DNA from: Octopus vulgaris
Lineage: Eukaryota
Reading direction: 5' to 3'
Length of the DNA: 64,000 bases
Assembly (NCBI GenBank): GCA_951406725.2
Contig: OX597822.1
Span: 17,298,001 to 17,362,000, forward strand
A program made the translations under genes and the position numbers. How positions within the stretch are numbered: position 1 is the first letter of the stretch; each line of letters opens with the position of its first letter. Positions 1 through 12,261 of this stretch are shown here, one piece after another. The notes beneath the pieces are model-generated. The model was not told the origin of the DNA, ran no database searches, and saw only the letters and a program-made list of their open reading frames with translations.

Positions 1-745
1 AAAATAGACATGACCTTACCCTTTTTAGGGAAGTGGGTTTGTTCAATTTATAGGAAAGACATAGGCAGGAATTCCATTTAGTGTACCCAGTGCAAGCTAT
101 GGACATACAAAAGGTGCAGTGGAATAGCAGGAAGGTTATCAGATAAAGTAATACTTGTATCTGGAAGATGCACAGGAGCCATAAAAAGTACAGATACTCA
201 GGAAATTGATTTTTTTAAATGTCCAGAATCTCTTTAGAGGTACTGGACAATTTCTGCTACCTTGGGGGCCAAATTAGTAGTGGGGGAGGATGTATGGAAA
301 GTGTAATAGCTAGAATAAGAATAAGATGGAGTCAAGTTCAGAGAGATTTTTACTTCTGTTGGTAACCAAAGGTGTTTCTCTTTGAGTGAAAGGAAGATTG
401 TATGTATACACATAGTAGTGGGACGTGGGCCCCGAATGCAGAGGACATGCAAAGGCTGGAGAGGACTGAGGCTAGTATGCTCTGCTGGATGTGCAGTGTC
501 AGTGTACATATACAACAGAGTGTTAGTGTATTGAGAGAAGAGTTAAGCATAAGAGGAATTAGATGCAGTGTGCAAGAGAGAAAACTGCATTGGTTGGGTC
601 ATGTGATGTGGATGGATGCCAACAGCTCTCAAAGTGGATGGAACATGTAGAAGAGGGAGACCCAGGAAGATATGGAATGAAGTACTGAAGTACAACCGCA
701 GGACACTGAACATTTCACCAGAGATGACAAAACACCAAGATACAT
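1..745 (+). mobile_element. Degenerate RTE-clade LINE, C-terminal part of RT ORF
   Basis: Frameshifted translation gives LEVLDNFCYLG, ARIRI.W, ERTEASMLCWMC, RKLHWLGHVMWMD and RRGRPRKIWNE, matching RTE post-RT motifs (FCYLG, LRWFGHV.RM, RGRPRK.W). Confidence 0.85.
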
Positions 746-899
746 GTAATAGCTAGAATAAGAATAGGATGGAGTCAAATTCAGCAGAGATTTTTGCTTC
801 AGTAAAATCCTCCACAGCAGAAGTGTTAAGGCTGCTCCCCCTGGTGGAGAGGATTGGTCTGCAAGAATCCTGTACCAGTGCCACATAAAAAGAACATGT

Positions 900-1110
900 T
901 CTAGTACCATGTAAAAAGCACTTATGCCCACATGTGCTTGTGTTGGTGCAACGATAAAAGCACCCAGCACACAATGTAAAGTGATTGGTTTTAGGAAGGG
1001 CATCCAGCCATTGTAACCAAGCCAAACCAGACAGGAGGCTGGTACAGCTCTCTAACTGCCAGCTCTGGTTAAACCATCCAACCCATACCAGCATGGAAAA
1101 TGATGATGCT
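900..1110 (+). mobile_element. RTE-tail-type SINE/LINE 3' fragment (family B)
   Basis: Contains ggaagggcatccagc...ccatccaacccataccagcatggaaaa followed by (tga)n; the same motif recurs many times in the window. Confidence 0.8.
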
Positions 1111-3184
1111 TCAAGAGTTTCATTGAAAACTCAATCCCATCACAGAAAAGAAAAAAATATGTGAGTTCCAAATTTTGGAGATATGTGAAATAAACCAATG
1201 GATTGTTTTTATGGCTTAGTCAGGAAGAAGAGGAGCACCAATGAGTTTTAACAGGGGGTCTAAGAATCTACAATTGAATTATCTTTCAATTGGATATTGA
1301 GTCCAAATGTGTGGACAGACAAACTAATAAAGCCATTCAAGTAATCGTATTAAATTGGATGACAGACAAAAATATACAACCAAAATCTAGAGTCTTTCAT
1401 TCAACAAGGTTCTTGACACTTTGTTTACCAACATTATTTTTCCCTAACAAAGCTAGTAGAATAAACCAAAATCTGTTGATGGATACACATGCCTAACCTC
1501 ATGTTGAGATTGAACCTGTAAACATCTGATTGCAAAGTAACATTTTTAATTTCACGACCATGTCTGCGTGCATTAGAGTTATTTTGGTCATTTACTAACA
1601 TCAAATATTTTGAAAGAAAATTACCCATTGAAATCCCTTCCATATAAAAGGCCATGTGAAATTGTCTATTCAGATAGACAAAAATTTGTCAAAGTGTCAA
1701 AAATATCATTAAATTTCAAAACAATGAATGGAATTTGAAGGAAAAAAAAATTTCTGAGATAAAAATGCGATTACTAATAGAAGGTTTAGAATCTACTATG
1801 CTACTTAAAATGTCTGGCTCACACTGATTATATAATCTCAATTTAAGAGGCTGTAAAATAGCCATGAACAAATTTTTTTAGGTTACTAAATAATATATAC
1901 AAAAAATGTATAGCAAAATAAACAAATTAGATTCTAAGATAGCAACATTTTGAAATGTTGTCAACACATTTTCTACCAAATACAAAAATTTCATTTATAG
2001 CAAAACCAGAAGTATTAATAAAATTTGTAGCAATACAGAAATGTGACTTTTGAGTGAAAATATTGAAACCAGAATTATTTTTTATTTGTATATTAACATA
2101 ATTTATTTTACGTGTGTGTATCCCATCATAGCATGTAAAACCTACAATTTTTAAAGCCCTTACAGTGAAATTTCAGATAGGAGAATAAAAGAGACTGACC
2201 TCGCATGTTTCATTGTTCAATGACCACTTATCAGAGAGTAATCAGTCCCTCATCTTGCTGCCCACAAAGAGAACTTATAGTAATTACCATTTGAATGAAA
2301 CACAAACCAGAACTTAGCTCTAATGGTTAGACTAATTTGCATAGCTGTACATTTAAGATATTCTGTCTTTAAATTTATCTTTATCCTTCTGATACACATA
2401 GTGGTGTGCATAAATATTCATTTAACACAGTACTGATATATGCATTTTTAAACTATAATTAAAAAAAAATTTTAATCCTGAATATGCCCTGCTGGAATCA
2501 GAATGCATTTAATATGCCTGTGTGCCTTTTTGCCATCAAATACAGTATTCTTTGTTACAGGAATATTTTTGAGCACTCGGTCATAATGCTGATCTCAACT
2601 CAAATTATATACCAATTTGTACTTATGAAACATGAACAATTTGTAGTTATTACAAAATTGCCATTGGTTTTGGCAATTAGATCAAACTGATTTTTCATAT
2701 AATAATGGCATAAAATGCATATATCAGAGTAATAGACCAACATATTTGTGGAACACAGCTATTATCTTTCAGAATCCACATCATTATTTTTAATTGGAAG
2801 ACATTTCATTGTCAAGATAAAAAGGATAAAAAGCAGTTGAAAAAAAAATATATATTTGATTATATTTCAATGCAGCAGAGTAAATAAAGTTCTATTCTTT
2901 ACTAGAACCAACTAATTGGAAGCTACAAAGTATATTAAACAAATTGCTAAATATTCATAATTAACTAATTACATTATGAATTCACAGCCAATTTTCTAAA
3001 TTAAATCCTTACATGTGTACTTGTTAGACCTTATATGTGTGTGTACATAAAGAAGAGGAAAAAGTACCCAATACATGTACTAAAGTTTATTTATTGCTTT
3101 TATCATTACAGAGAATCTCTTGTTTATGTGCGAAAAATAAGGATCCGTTGGTGGGTAGCAGTGCCATCATTTGTGGACATCAAA

Positions 3185-3497
3185 GACTTGTGGTTTACTG
3201 ATTAGGGTGTTCAGCTCATAACCATAAACTCATGAGTTCAATTCCGGGTGGCACACTGTGTCGTTGAGCGTGACATTTTATTTCTCATTATCCCAGTCCA
3301 CTCACCTGGTAAAAGTATGTTGTACTTGTAATTCAAAGGGCCAGCTTTGTCACATTGTGTGTCATGCTGGGTCTACCTGATAACTACATTCAGGGTACGT
3401 GTACCTGTGGAGTGCTCAGTCACTTGTACATTAATTCCACAGGCAGACTGTTCCATTCATCAAACTAAATGGAATACTCATTGTCATAACCAATGGA
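3185..3497 (+). mobile_element. Degenerate tRNA-derived SINE (family C)
   Basis: tRNA-like head with B-box-like gagttcaattcc, followed by a tgtgtcgttgagc...ccagtccactca core-like segment. Confidence 0.6.
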
Positions 3498-3989
3498 CTG
3501 GCATTAATGTCCACTTTTCCATGCTTGTATGGGTCACATGAAATCTGTTTCCAAACGAAGTAATACTTCCTTTCGTCCTTTGATCATGAATGTCTCAATG
3601 GTGGCACATGCTTCCATGAAGGAGTGAAAACAAATGAAACTGCTTATATGATGGTATTTTGCCTAATTATGATCAGTGCGCAATGAAAGGAGGTATGAAT
3701 ACATACATAAACACACAAGCAGGACAAGTTTCTTTCAGTTCCTGCCCACCAAAATACCACACATTGGAAATAAACCTGAATCCACATGATGGCATAAAGT
3801 GGACTTAACTACCTAGCCATACTTGTGCCTATACATATTATCATTATTGTTTTAACGTCCACTCTTCTATGCTTGCATGGGCCTGACAGAACTCTGCGAA
3901 GTAGATTTTCTAGTCAGTTGCCTTTCCTATCACCACCTCTCACTTGATTCTAATGTAATCACAAATGTCGACACACATAACACATATAT

Positions 3990-4150
3990 GTGCATGATGG
4001 TCTTCTTTAGAGATTAACCACATCTACTCACAAGGCTTTGTTCACCATAGAGCCATAGTAGAAGAGGTGCCCAGAGTGTCACTGATTGGGACTGAGCATG
4101 AAACCACATCATGGGAAAGTAAACTGCTTAACCACACAGACATGCCCGTG
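3990..4150 (-). mobile_element. tRNA-derived SINE family A, 5' half
   Basis: Reverse complement matches the head of the copies at 17690 and 62645. Confidence 0.75.
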
Positions 4151-4597
4151 CCCATGTGTATGTATGTGTGTGGTGTGTATATGTGTAGTCTGTGCGCAGT
4201 GTTTGTATGTGGTGTGTGTGTGTGTATGTGTGTGTGTGCATGTGTGTGTGTGTGTGCATACACTAGGATTTCAAAAATGTCTGCAGGACAGGTGTCAGAA
4301 TGTTCAAAGTTAGGCATTTCACAAATCCATAATCCTCTTGCTGATCAAGTGACCTTCTTAAAGCTATGTGTATACTTGTGCCATTCTCTCACCAGCTGAA
4401 TGGAGTCTGAACATTTGAATGTTAGGCTTCAACTTGCTGCCATGTATTCAGTGATCAGAGTGACAGACATAAGCTTCATAATTTCACAATTTTTTAGACC
4501 TGAAATGCTTGTCTTATGCAAACATACAAATATAAGCATATATACAGGTGCCTGTTGTACATGCAAACACATCAATTTTCAGAGTCTGAATATTGTA

Positions 4598-4735
4598 TAC
4601 ACACACACACACATATACATACAATATTCAAACTCCAAAAAATTGATGTTTGTATCACACACACACAACACACATTTATACATACAATATTCAGACTCTA
4701 AAAATTGATGTTTCTATCACACACACACACATTTA
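4598..4735. repeat. Imperfect tandem repeat (about 60-65 bp unit) built around (CA)n
   Basis: catacaatattca.actc.aaaaattgatgttt.tatcacacacacac occurs twice. Confidence 0.75.
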
Positions 4736-4747
4736 TATATATATATG

Positions 4748-5205
4748 TGAAGACCTGTTGAGGCAAGTGAAAATCAAATCAAATCAAATCAAAATAGATG
4801 AACATCAATGGAATTTGTATCTTTGTGGTACCAGTGCCGGTGGCACACAAGAAAACCATCCGAACGTGGCCGTAGCCAGTACCGCATCGACTGGCCTCCG
4901 TGCTGTGGGCACGTAACAAACACCATCCGATCATGGCCGTTCGCCAGCCTCATCTGGCACCTGTGTCGGTGGCACATAAAAACACCATCCGAGCGTGGCC
5001 GTCTGCCAGCCTCGTCTGGCACCTGTGTCAGTGGCACATAAAATCACCCACTACACTCTCGGAGTGGTTGGCGTTAGGAAGGGCATCCAGCTGTAGAAAC
5101 ACTGCCAGATCTGACTGGCCTGGTGCAGCCTTCGGGCTCCCCAGACCCCAGTTGAACCGTCCAACCCATGCTAGCATGGAAAACGGACGCTAAATGATGA
5201 TGATA
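4748..5205 (+). mobile_element. Young RTE-tail element (family B) with internal ~60-bp tandem units
   Basis: Three to four units of ggcac.taaaaacaccatccga.cgtggccg, then the family B terminus and (gat)n; CpGs are retained. Confidence 0.85.
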
Positions 5206-5334
5206 TATATATATATATATATATATATATTTCTGGCTTCCCAGATCCCCGGTCGAACCATCCAACCCATGCTAGCATGGAGAACGGACGTTAAACGATG
5301 ATGATGATGATGATGATGATGATATATCATCAAC

Positions 5335-5830
5335 ATCATCATCATTTAACATCCGTTGTTTATGCTGGCATGGGCTGGATAGTTTGATCAGGGCTAGTAA
5401 GCTGGAAGGCTGCACCAGACTCCAGTCTGACTTGGCATGGTTTCTATGGCTGGATGCTCTTCCTAATGCCAACCACTCCAAGAGTGTAATGAGTGCTTTT
5501 ACATGCCACCAGCAAGGGTGACATTTATGTGACACCGGTATCTGCCACAACTGCGATTTTGCTCAGCTTGATGGGTCTTTTATCCAAGCACAACATAATG
5601 CCAAAGGTCTTACTCATTGCCTCCATGAGGCCCAACACTCAGAAGAAACTCTGCCACTTAGCCTCAGTGGGGACCAACACTCAAAAGGAATTCGCCTTCA
5701 TGAGGCCCAACACTTGAAAGAAACTTGCCTCTGTGAGACCAAACTCTCGAAGGCAACTCAACCACTTTGCTTCCATGATACCCGATGCCCGAAAGGAACC
5801 CACCTTTGTGAGGCCTAATGCTTGAAAGGT
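5335..5830 (-). mobile_element. RTE 3' end/family B copy in reverse orientation
   Basis: Starts catcatcatcatttaacatccg (reverse of the family B tail) and continues into RTE ORF-end sequence similar to 63900-64000. Confidence 0.8.
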
Positions 5831-5844
5831 GGTCATAAATATGT

Positions 5845-6230
5845 TTTTTTATTCATTTGTTTCAGTCACTGGACTTTGGCCATACTGGAGCCCTGCTTTG
5901 AAGGATTTTAGCAAAACAAATCAACACTAATATATATAAAATGTTTTTTTCTTTCAAGTCTGGCACTTATTTTTCAGTTTCTTTTATTGTACTGCTAAGT
6001 TACAGGGACATAGACAAACCAACACTGGTTGTCAAACTGCGGTGAAGTGATAAACCCAAGCACAAACCACACATGCATATTCATACACACATATATTTAT
6101 ATATGTCAACCAAATTCCCTCACAAGGTATTGGTTGTCTCAGAGCCAATATAGTAGAAGACACTTGCCCAAGGACAGAACTCAAAACCACATGGTTGTCA
6201 AGTGAGCTTCTTCACCACACAGCCATGCCT
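5845..6230 (-). mobile_element. tRNA-derived SINE family A
   Basis: tgtttcagtca...ggccatactggagc through gacacttgcccaagg...accacacagccatgcct; reverse match to 17690-18065. Confidence 0.85.
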
Positions 6231-8429
6231 GACAACTAAAGGCAAATACAGTAGGTAGGATAAGGTATGAAGTTATTTTTTAAAATCAAAACAGTTTTTA
6301 TTTGATTTCCATATTTTTCTTTTTTTGCTTGAGAATCTTAGCACATTTGCACCCATATTTCTTTCTAACCGGCTTTAAAGAAAAACAACAAAAAACACCC
6401 ACTGATTTGTAAATCCCTATATTTGTGATAGTATTGCATTAAGTGTTTTGCCTACCACATAGAATTTACAGAACAGCAAATCTACAAGTAGATTAATGCT
6501 ACAAGAGAGTCTGCTAATAGCAGTAGCAACATTCATTATTTATATTGTATGCAATACACATAAAAAGTGTTTGAAAGTTGTGGTTTTATTTAATGCAGAC
6601 ATACTCAAAACTTTTTTCTATTTTAGTCAGTTGAGAGATAAAAAATAACAATAATAATAATGAAACAGAATACATTATGAGGAGCCACGAGTAAAATATG
6701 TGAGCCATATACAGCAAAAGAGTTTCAACTGAAAAAAGCTTTAACAAAATTAGTTTGTGTCTACCACTGAAACAGAGATACTTTAGACACTTTGAATGTG
6801 TTTGCCAGTGAATTAATAACTACAATTAATTCTTATTCCATTTTTGTAATTAGCCAGCTTAGGAGGCTGTATGAATGCCAGTGTGTCAATAAAAAATAAT
6901 AACTTGTCAGGAGGCCATTAATTATTTACTTAATATTGGTATTAGATAGAAGATGATGTCATGATAAAAGCAACCAAAGCTAATCATACTCTACAACACA
7001 ATTTAGAAGAGAAGACAATAAACTAATGAGCATTTCTTTCAGTCGGAATCTTCTTTCAGACAAATTATTGATAAATAAGCAAAACATTCACAGGGTGAGG
7101 TGAGGAAGCGAACATTTCCTTTCTTCTTCAAACAAGAACACCAACAGGTTTTCATGTCCTAAGATTAGGAACATTTTATAAACTATCTGCAAGGCTGTTT
7201 CCTTAAAATTGAAGTAAAATCAAGAAGACTGTTTTATATAATTTGATATTTTAGAAGTTTTGTTCACGAGAAAACATGCCTAGCTATGGGAAAATATAAC
7301 CTTAGTTGGAGGAAACAGGTGACAGTTGGTTAAAGGATGGGCATCCTGACATAGAAACACCAGCCTCAACAATTTCCATCTGACCAATGCAAGGATAAGA
7401 AAGTGGACATTACATGGTGATGATAACACACACACACACATGTAGGATAAGTCTGAGATTGAATGAATAAACGTCTAATTTATGGATCAAACATTTATTC
7501 ATTCATCTTCAACTTACCTTTGAGTTCTTTATTCAAAGTGACCATGTAGAGCTTTTAACTTGTATGTCACTGGAAAATATATATGCGTAAGTGAGTGTGT
7601 GTGTGTGCGTGCGTGTGTGTGTGTAAAGGTTGTTGCTGTTCTTATGCATGCAGACATCCTGCACTGCATTTTAAAATAAAGCAATTTGTCTGGTTAGTGA
7701 AGACACCCTCACTGATGCTTTAGTATCTAGCTGTATTTCTGTCCTCTGACTCTTCAACAAATCAAAGACAAGCCTCTGGTCTTCTGACTTGACTAAGTGC
7801 ATAATCCCTCTACCCAGGCCCACCAACACAACTACCTTTTGCTCTCTTGTCATGTCTCTTACATTTCACATCTGAGATCCTACACTAAACACTTAACCAA
7901 GCAAAACAATACCAGCCTTTTGGAATTCCCTCTCTACCACCCAACATATTTCTTGCAAATATTGACCTTTTGGTATCCATACTGAGCATTAATCAACTGC
8001 ATCAATTTAACCAGTCTGGAAAATAAGTAAGTGGAATACTGCAAAGGTCATGAGTATTATAATCGCTTCTTTTCACAAAAGGAGTAAAAAAGTTTGTGAA
8101 AATCATTTAATCTCCTTGTTACGATACTTCTTTAAAAATATACTGCTTTTGTTTCAATTAATTTTGAAAATAACGAAAAATTTAATAAAATAACTTTCCC
8201 ATCGTGAAAAAGGTTAGCAAACAGAGCTTCTAAAACAGTAGGGTACAGGTAGTAAGTAATATAAAAGTAGTCATAATTGTCTCAAAGACTGCTGGTAACA
8301 GGAATAACAAATGGGGTATAAACAAAGAAATGGGTGTAGTGTGGTTAAATACTTGTAGAAGTCAAGCAAACAGAAACACTGTGGTGAAGGATAGAGTGAC
8401 ATTTCTAATAGAGAATCCCTATATTATTT

Positions 8430-9090
8430 TAATCATGGTAAACATTTGGTTGATACAAATTTTAACTAACAAAGCTAGGACTTGTCAGGTTTGAAAACTT
8501 GCATGCATTTGAAATCAAAAGTAGAAAGTATAATTTCTTACATATTTATTGCCAATATGCAACTCATTTACTGCATCTAATAAGATCCAGTGTTCCAGTC
8601 AATGCTGCAGACAATTGGAGAATTCAATTAGATTCTCAAATGATTTTAAATGATTGTGTCAATAAGATCTGCTGAAGTTGCTCTTACTCTATCACAAGAA
8701 AATAACAAATATTTGTAAATTCTAATTCATATTACATTGTGAAATCCTTATTCAGGCTTTGATTACAGACTGTATATGTGTAATTTCTTTGTTAACATCA
8801 ATAAGCAATGTGTACTGCATGTCTCACTCCATTTTATATTTAATATGCAGTCAAGAAAATGTCAGGTGTTGTTATACAAAATTTCACTACTTCAATATTA
8901 ATTGAGAATATCATTAAAACTTCTGGTAATGTCGTTATGCAACTTTTAATTTGCAAAGTAGAATTTGTAAGAACTTACTAAACTTTATACTACGCATATT
9001 ACTTTCAAAACTAGATCTGCTAACAGGGCTGTCTTCTTATGCTCTTCAAGACATTGGAATACCTTTTATAAATCCTGGGTGTCTAGCTAG
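8430..9090 (+). mobile_element. Helitron helicase relic with CTAG 3' terminus
   Basis: Decayed Pif1-type motifs: ACLKS-like (gcatgcatttgaaatcaaaa), NMR-like (aatatgcaa), ML.TIG and GL..YAL...G; ends ...gggtgtctagCTAG followed by T. Confidence 0.45.
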
Positions 9091-10769
9091 TTGATAAATA
9101 TTTTGAATGTCATAGTAAGTGTTTCTCTTCTGTGTGTTTCGATCTGGTTTGTCATCACACTTTAAGAGACAATAGACTTTAATCCAATTTCAGAACACTG
9201 CCGTCGATGATTCTAACTTTAAGCAGTTGTAGCATTCTATGAACATTATTATAATCGTTTAGAACTTCACAATGGAGGTTAGTTATCTCTGGTAACTTTG
9301 TATACAATGAGCATAACAGATTGAATAAAAATTAATGTCTTAAAAGACTACAAAAACAACAGATTTCTGAACAGTGATACAGATAATAGATATTAATGTT
9401 TTGAACTGTTTACTGAATTTTACAGCTACATTAAATAGAATTTCTTCCCATTTAAAAAAAAATAATCAAAAAGCCATTTTAAATTGAAGTCAGTCACTCA
9501 ATGTTAAATTGAATGTTGAATTTTTTTTTTATTATAAAGTAAACAAAAGGAAGATGAATTATTATGGACTTCTGTTTATGAACGTCATCTATTATGACAA
9601 TAAAGACAAGGAAACAAGTTGTTTGACTGAAGCTTCTCTGCAAAATGTGAGAGGATTTAAATTCATAACATTCAACAGGTAAGTCCATTACCCTAACCAA
9701 CTGGACCATGATTTTATGTAAACTTGTGCAAATGTAGAGCCTAAAAACATTATTGAAAGTTTTTGCTAAAATTTATCATTCCTTTAGCAGTCATTAATGG
9801 AAAACAGAATTTAACTAATCTCTATATACATCACTTATATGAGATTGTCAAGCACAATATTAAACTCCTCTTGGTTAAGCCTTCCAATAAACAAACACAT
9901 CTTCCAAGATGAATTATATTGAATTAGTTTCATGACATATTTCATAAAATGGAGAGATCTCTCAATGAAAGACTTGGTCTCTTCCCTCTCCTATATGAAA
10001 TTGCTAGCAGTTGAAGTGTTTATTCTTTGTCTATTTAAGCTGGCCAAGTAAAATTCTATGAAAAGAAATTAGCTAGTTTACTTTTCGGCAGAAATATACA
10101 TAATAACAGCATTTAGTTTAAGACCAAATAAAAGACAGTGAGAACATGATAAAATTACACCTTAGGAAAATACAGTCTATAGAATTCATTAAGAATGTTT
10201 AGTTGATCCTAAGTACACTAATCCAAACACTTAAAGCCACTCATCAACACACAAAATAATCAATCACCAAAGGAGACAGCAAGTGTCTTTGCTAATTGCC
10301 TGGTTGCAATGCTATGTTTCATTAAAAGGAATTATATATATGTAAAGTAATAATTTTTTCACCTTTGGCATCTTAGAGACAGAAAGAGACCTTTAATCTC
10401 AGTAAATATAAGATTGAATTAAATCACTGCAAAAGAAGGCAACAGTACTAATGTGTTTTAGACAGATTTGGCAAGTAACAAAAGAAGTAATGAATCATAA
10501 AATATCAGATTCTGAGTGAGACAAATTCCTTATGAGCTAAAGCAAGAATTTAATGACACGGTAGACAAGCCAAAGTTTGTAGTTGGCTAGCCCACCATCT
10601 ATTAAATGATTATAATGAGTTAAATTGTAGTAACGAATACTAAGTTTCGCACCTTTGTAGCTGTGAAAACTAAGACATACAATATGAAGAGTATTTGTAA
10701 AATGGAAAGCTTGAAAATAGAACTTTAAGTATTAAAAATTCACCAGGAATATTTGCTATACACATGTTT

Positions 10770-11580
10770 ATGGGTGTGTCAGACTCCCACTTCCAGCCGA
10801 CCCACACCAAACTGTACATCCATTACTCTCAGTTCCTCCATCTCTGCAAGCTCTGCAGTGATGACTATAACTTTGAGACACAATCCCGACTCTTGGTTTG
10901 CCACGTCACCCAAAGGGGAGAGCCCACCACTGTTATCCAAACTGCCCTTGCCTGTTTCCAATCTGTTGACAGTGCATCCACTCTCTCCCAGACCTCCCCC
11001 CACCTAGCCATCCTCCTTCCCCCTTTACATATCTCACCATTTTACATACTTTCTCACATCTTCCCTAGCCCATCCCTCACTTCCTTCAAATGTACTCTTA
11101 ACCCTCATGACCTTCTTCAGGTCTGTAGTAGCTTCTTCCCCACTCCTGGCCACTTCCCTCACTCCTGGCTACTTCACCTGCTTTTGCCCATGTTGCTACA
11201 TCTATCACTTCCTCCCCAACACCATTATCCTTATCAGCACCACTGCCATCCCTACAACATCATTGGCTCGTTCCCTTGCACCTCCAGTAATTTGATCTAC
11301 TGCAGCCTCTGCTCTCTGTGTCACTCCCTGTGCAATGGTCAAGCTGGTCAGCACCTAGCTGACTGGTTTGCTGAACATCTTTAGGATATCACACTCAGGA
11401 ATGACATCCCAGTTTCACACCATTTTTGTTCGAACCAGTCATTTTCTAAACTATCTGTGTTCAGACTGGCCTTGCACAGAGACCACCTAGATTCCCACCT
11501 CCATTGTGAGCAGAAATTTATTTCCTCTCTCATATTTTAGTACCTCGTGGTCTCAATTCTCTACCTCTCTTCATCTAAAC
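10770..11580 (+). mobile_element. Penelope-like element relic (RT thumb plus GIY-YIG endonuclease)
   Basis: HTKLYIHYSQFLHLCKLCSDD matches the PLE SIPYSQFLRLRR.CS motif; FPCTSSNLIYC..CSLC..LCNGQ...LADWFAEHL is a decayed GIY-YIG domain. Confidence 0.85.
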
Positions 11581-11774
11581 CCACCTCTCACCTTCCACTG
11601 TCCTCTCTTTCTCTACACTATTTAATTCATTACCTACACTACAAACATCTTTTGCCCAAACAGTAGATGCATACAACTACACACACACACACAAGCACCC
11701 ACATTCCTCTCGCTTCACACACTAGTTATCCTTCAGTGTCAACATTTAGAGCTACATGAAACAGTTGAATAGGG

Positions 11775-12130
11775 ACAGGCTTGGCTGTGTGGTTTTTGAG
11801 TTCAGTCCCACTGCGCAGCACCTTGGCCAAGTGTGGACCATAACCCCAGGTTGAACAATGCTCTGTGAGTGGATTTGCTAGATGGAAAGTGTGTGGAAGC
11901 CCATCTTATGTATATATATATGTGTGTGTATGTGTGTGTGTTTGTTACCTCACTGCTTGGTAACTGATGTTGGTTTGTTTATGTCCCTATATCTGAGTGG
12001 TTCAGAAAAAGAGACCGATAGAATAAGTATGAAACTCTAAAAAAAAAAGTAGTGGGTTCAATTTGTTCAAGTAAATCCTTCAAGACAGTGCCCCAGCATG
12101 GCCACAATCCAATGACAGAAAAAAGTAAAT
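11775..12130 (+). mobile_element. tRNA-derived SINE family A
   Basis: tggctgtgtgg...gttcagtcccactgcg...ccagcatggccacaatccaatgac. Confidence 0.85.
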
Positions 12131-12161
12131 GATTAAAAAAAAGTAGAAATGTCATAGTTAC

Positions 12162-12261
12162 TTGAATCGAATATTGTTGATTTTCTTCATACCATAGCTC
12201 CACATACCACCAAGCTTACGTTCGAGATGTCCATTCAAAATATGTTCCCATAAGTATAATC
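12162..12261 (-). CDS. RXYLT1: Internal coding exon of ribitol-5-phosphate xylosyltransferase 1 (RXYLT1/TMEM5)
   Basis: Acceptor tttttctttccAG, donor AA|GTAACT, 100 nt, phase 1 to phase 2, no stops. Translates (G)LYLWEHILNGHLERKLGGMWSYGMKKINNIRF(K), matching the recalled vertebrate TMEM5 segment GLYLWEHIFEG....W..G. Absent from the ORF track because it is short and not ATG-initiated. Confidence 0.8.

Noticed and set aside
1290-1660. Possible Helitron Rep N-terminal relic (LCLPTLFFP, CKHLI)
   Set aside because: Only two weak motif resemblances; not enough to call.
2195-2240. Hammerhead-like CTGATAA...GAAAC...GTC on the minus strand
   Set aside because: C3-A8 mismatch, poor helix I and poorly placed helix II; at most a dead fossil.
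4833-5050. CRISPR-like or pistol-ribozyme-like appearance of the tandem units
   Set aside because: The spacers are related to each other, there are no cas genes and the context is eukaryotic; pistol P2/P3 elements are absent.
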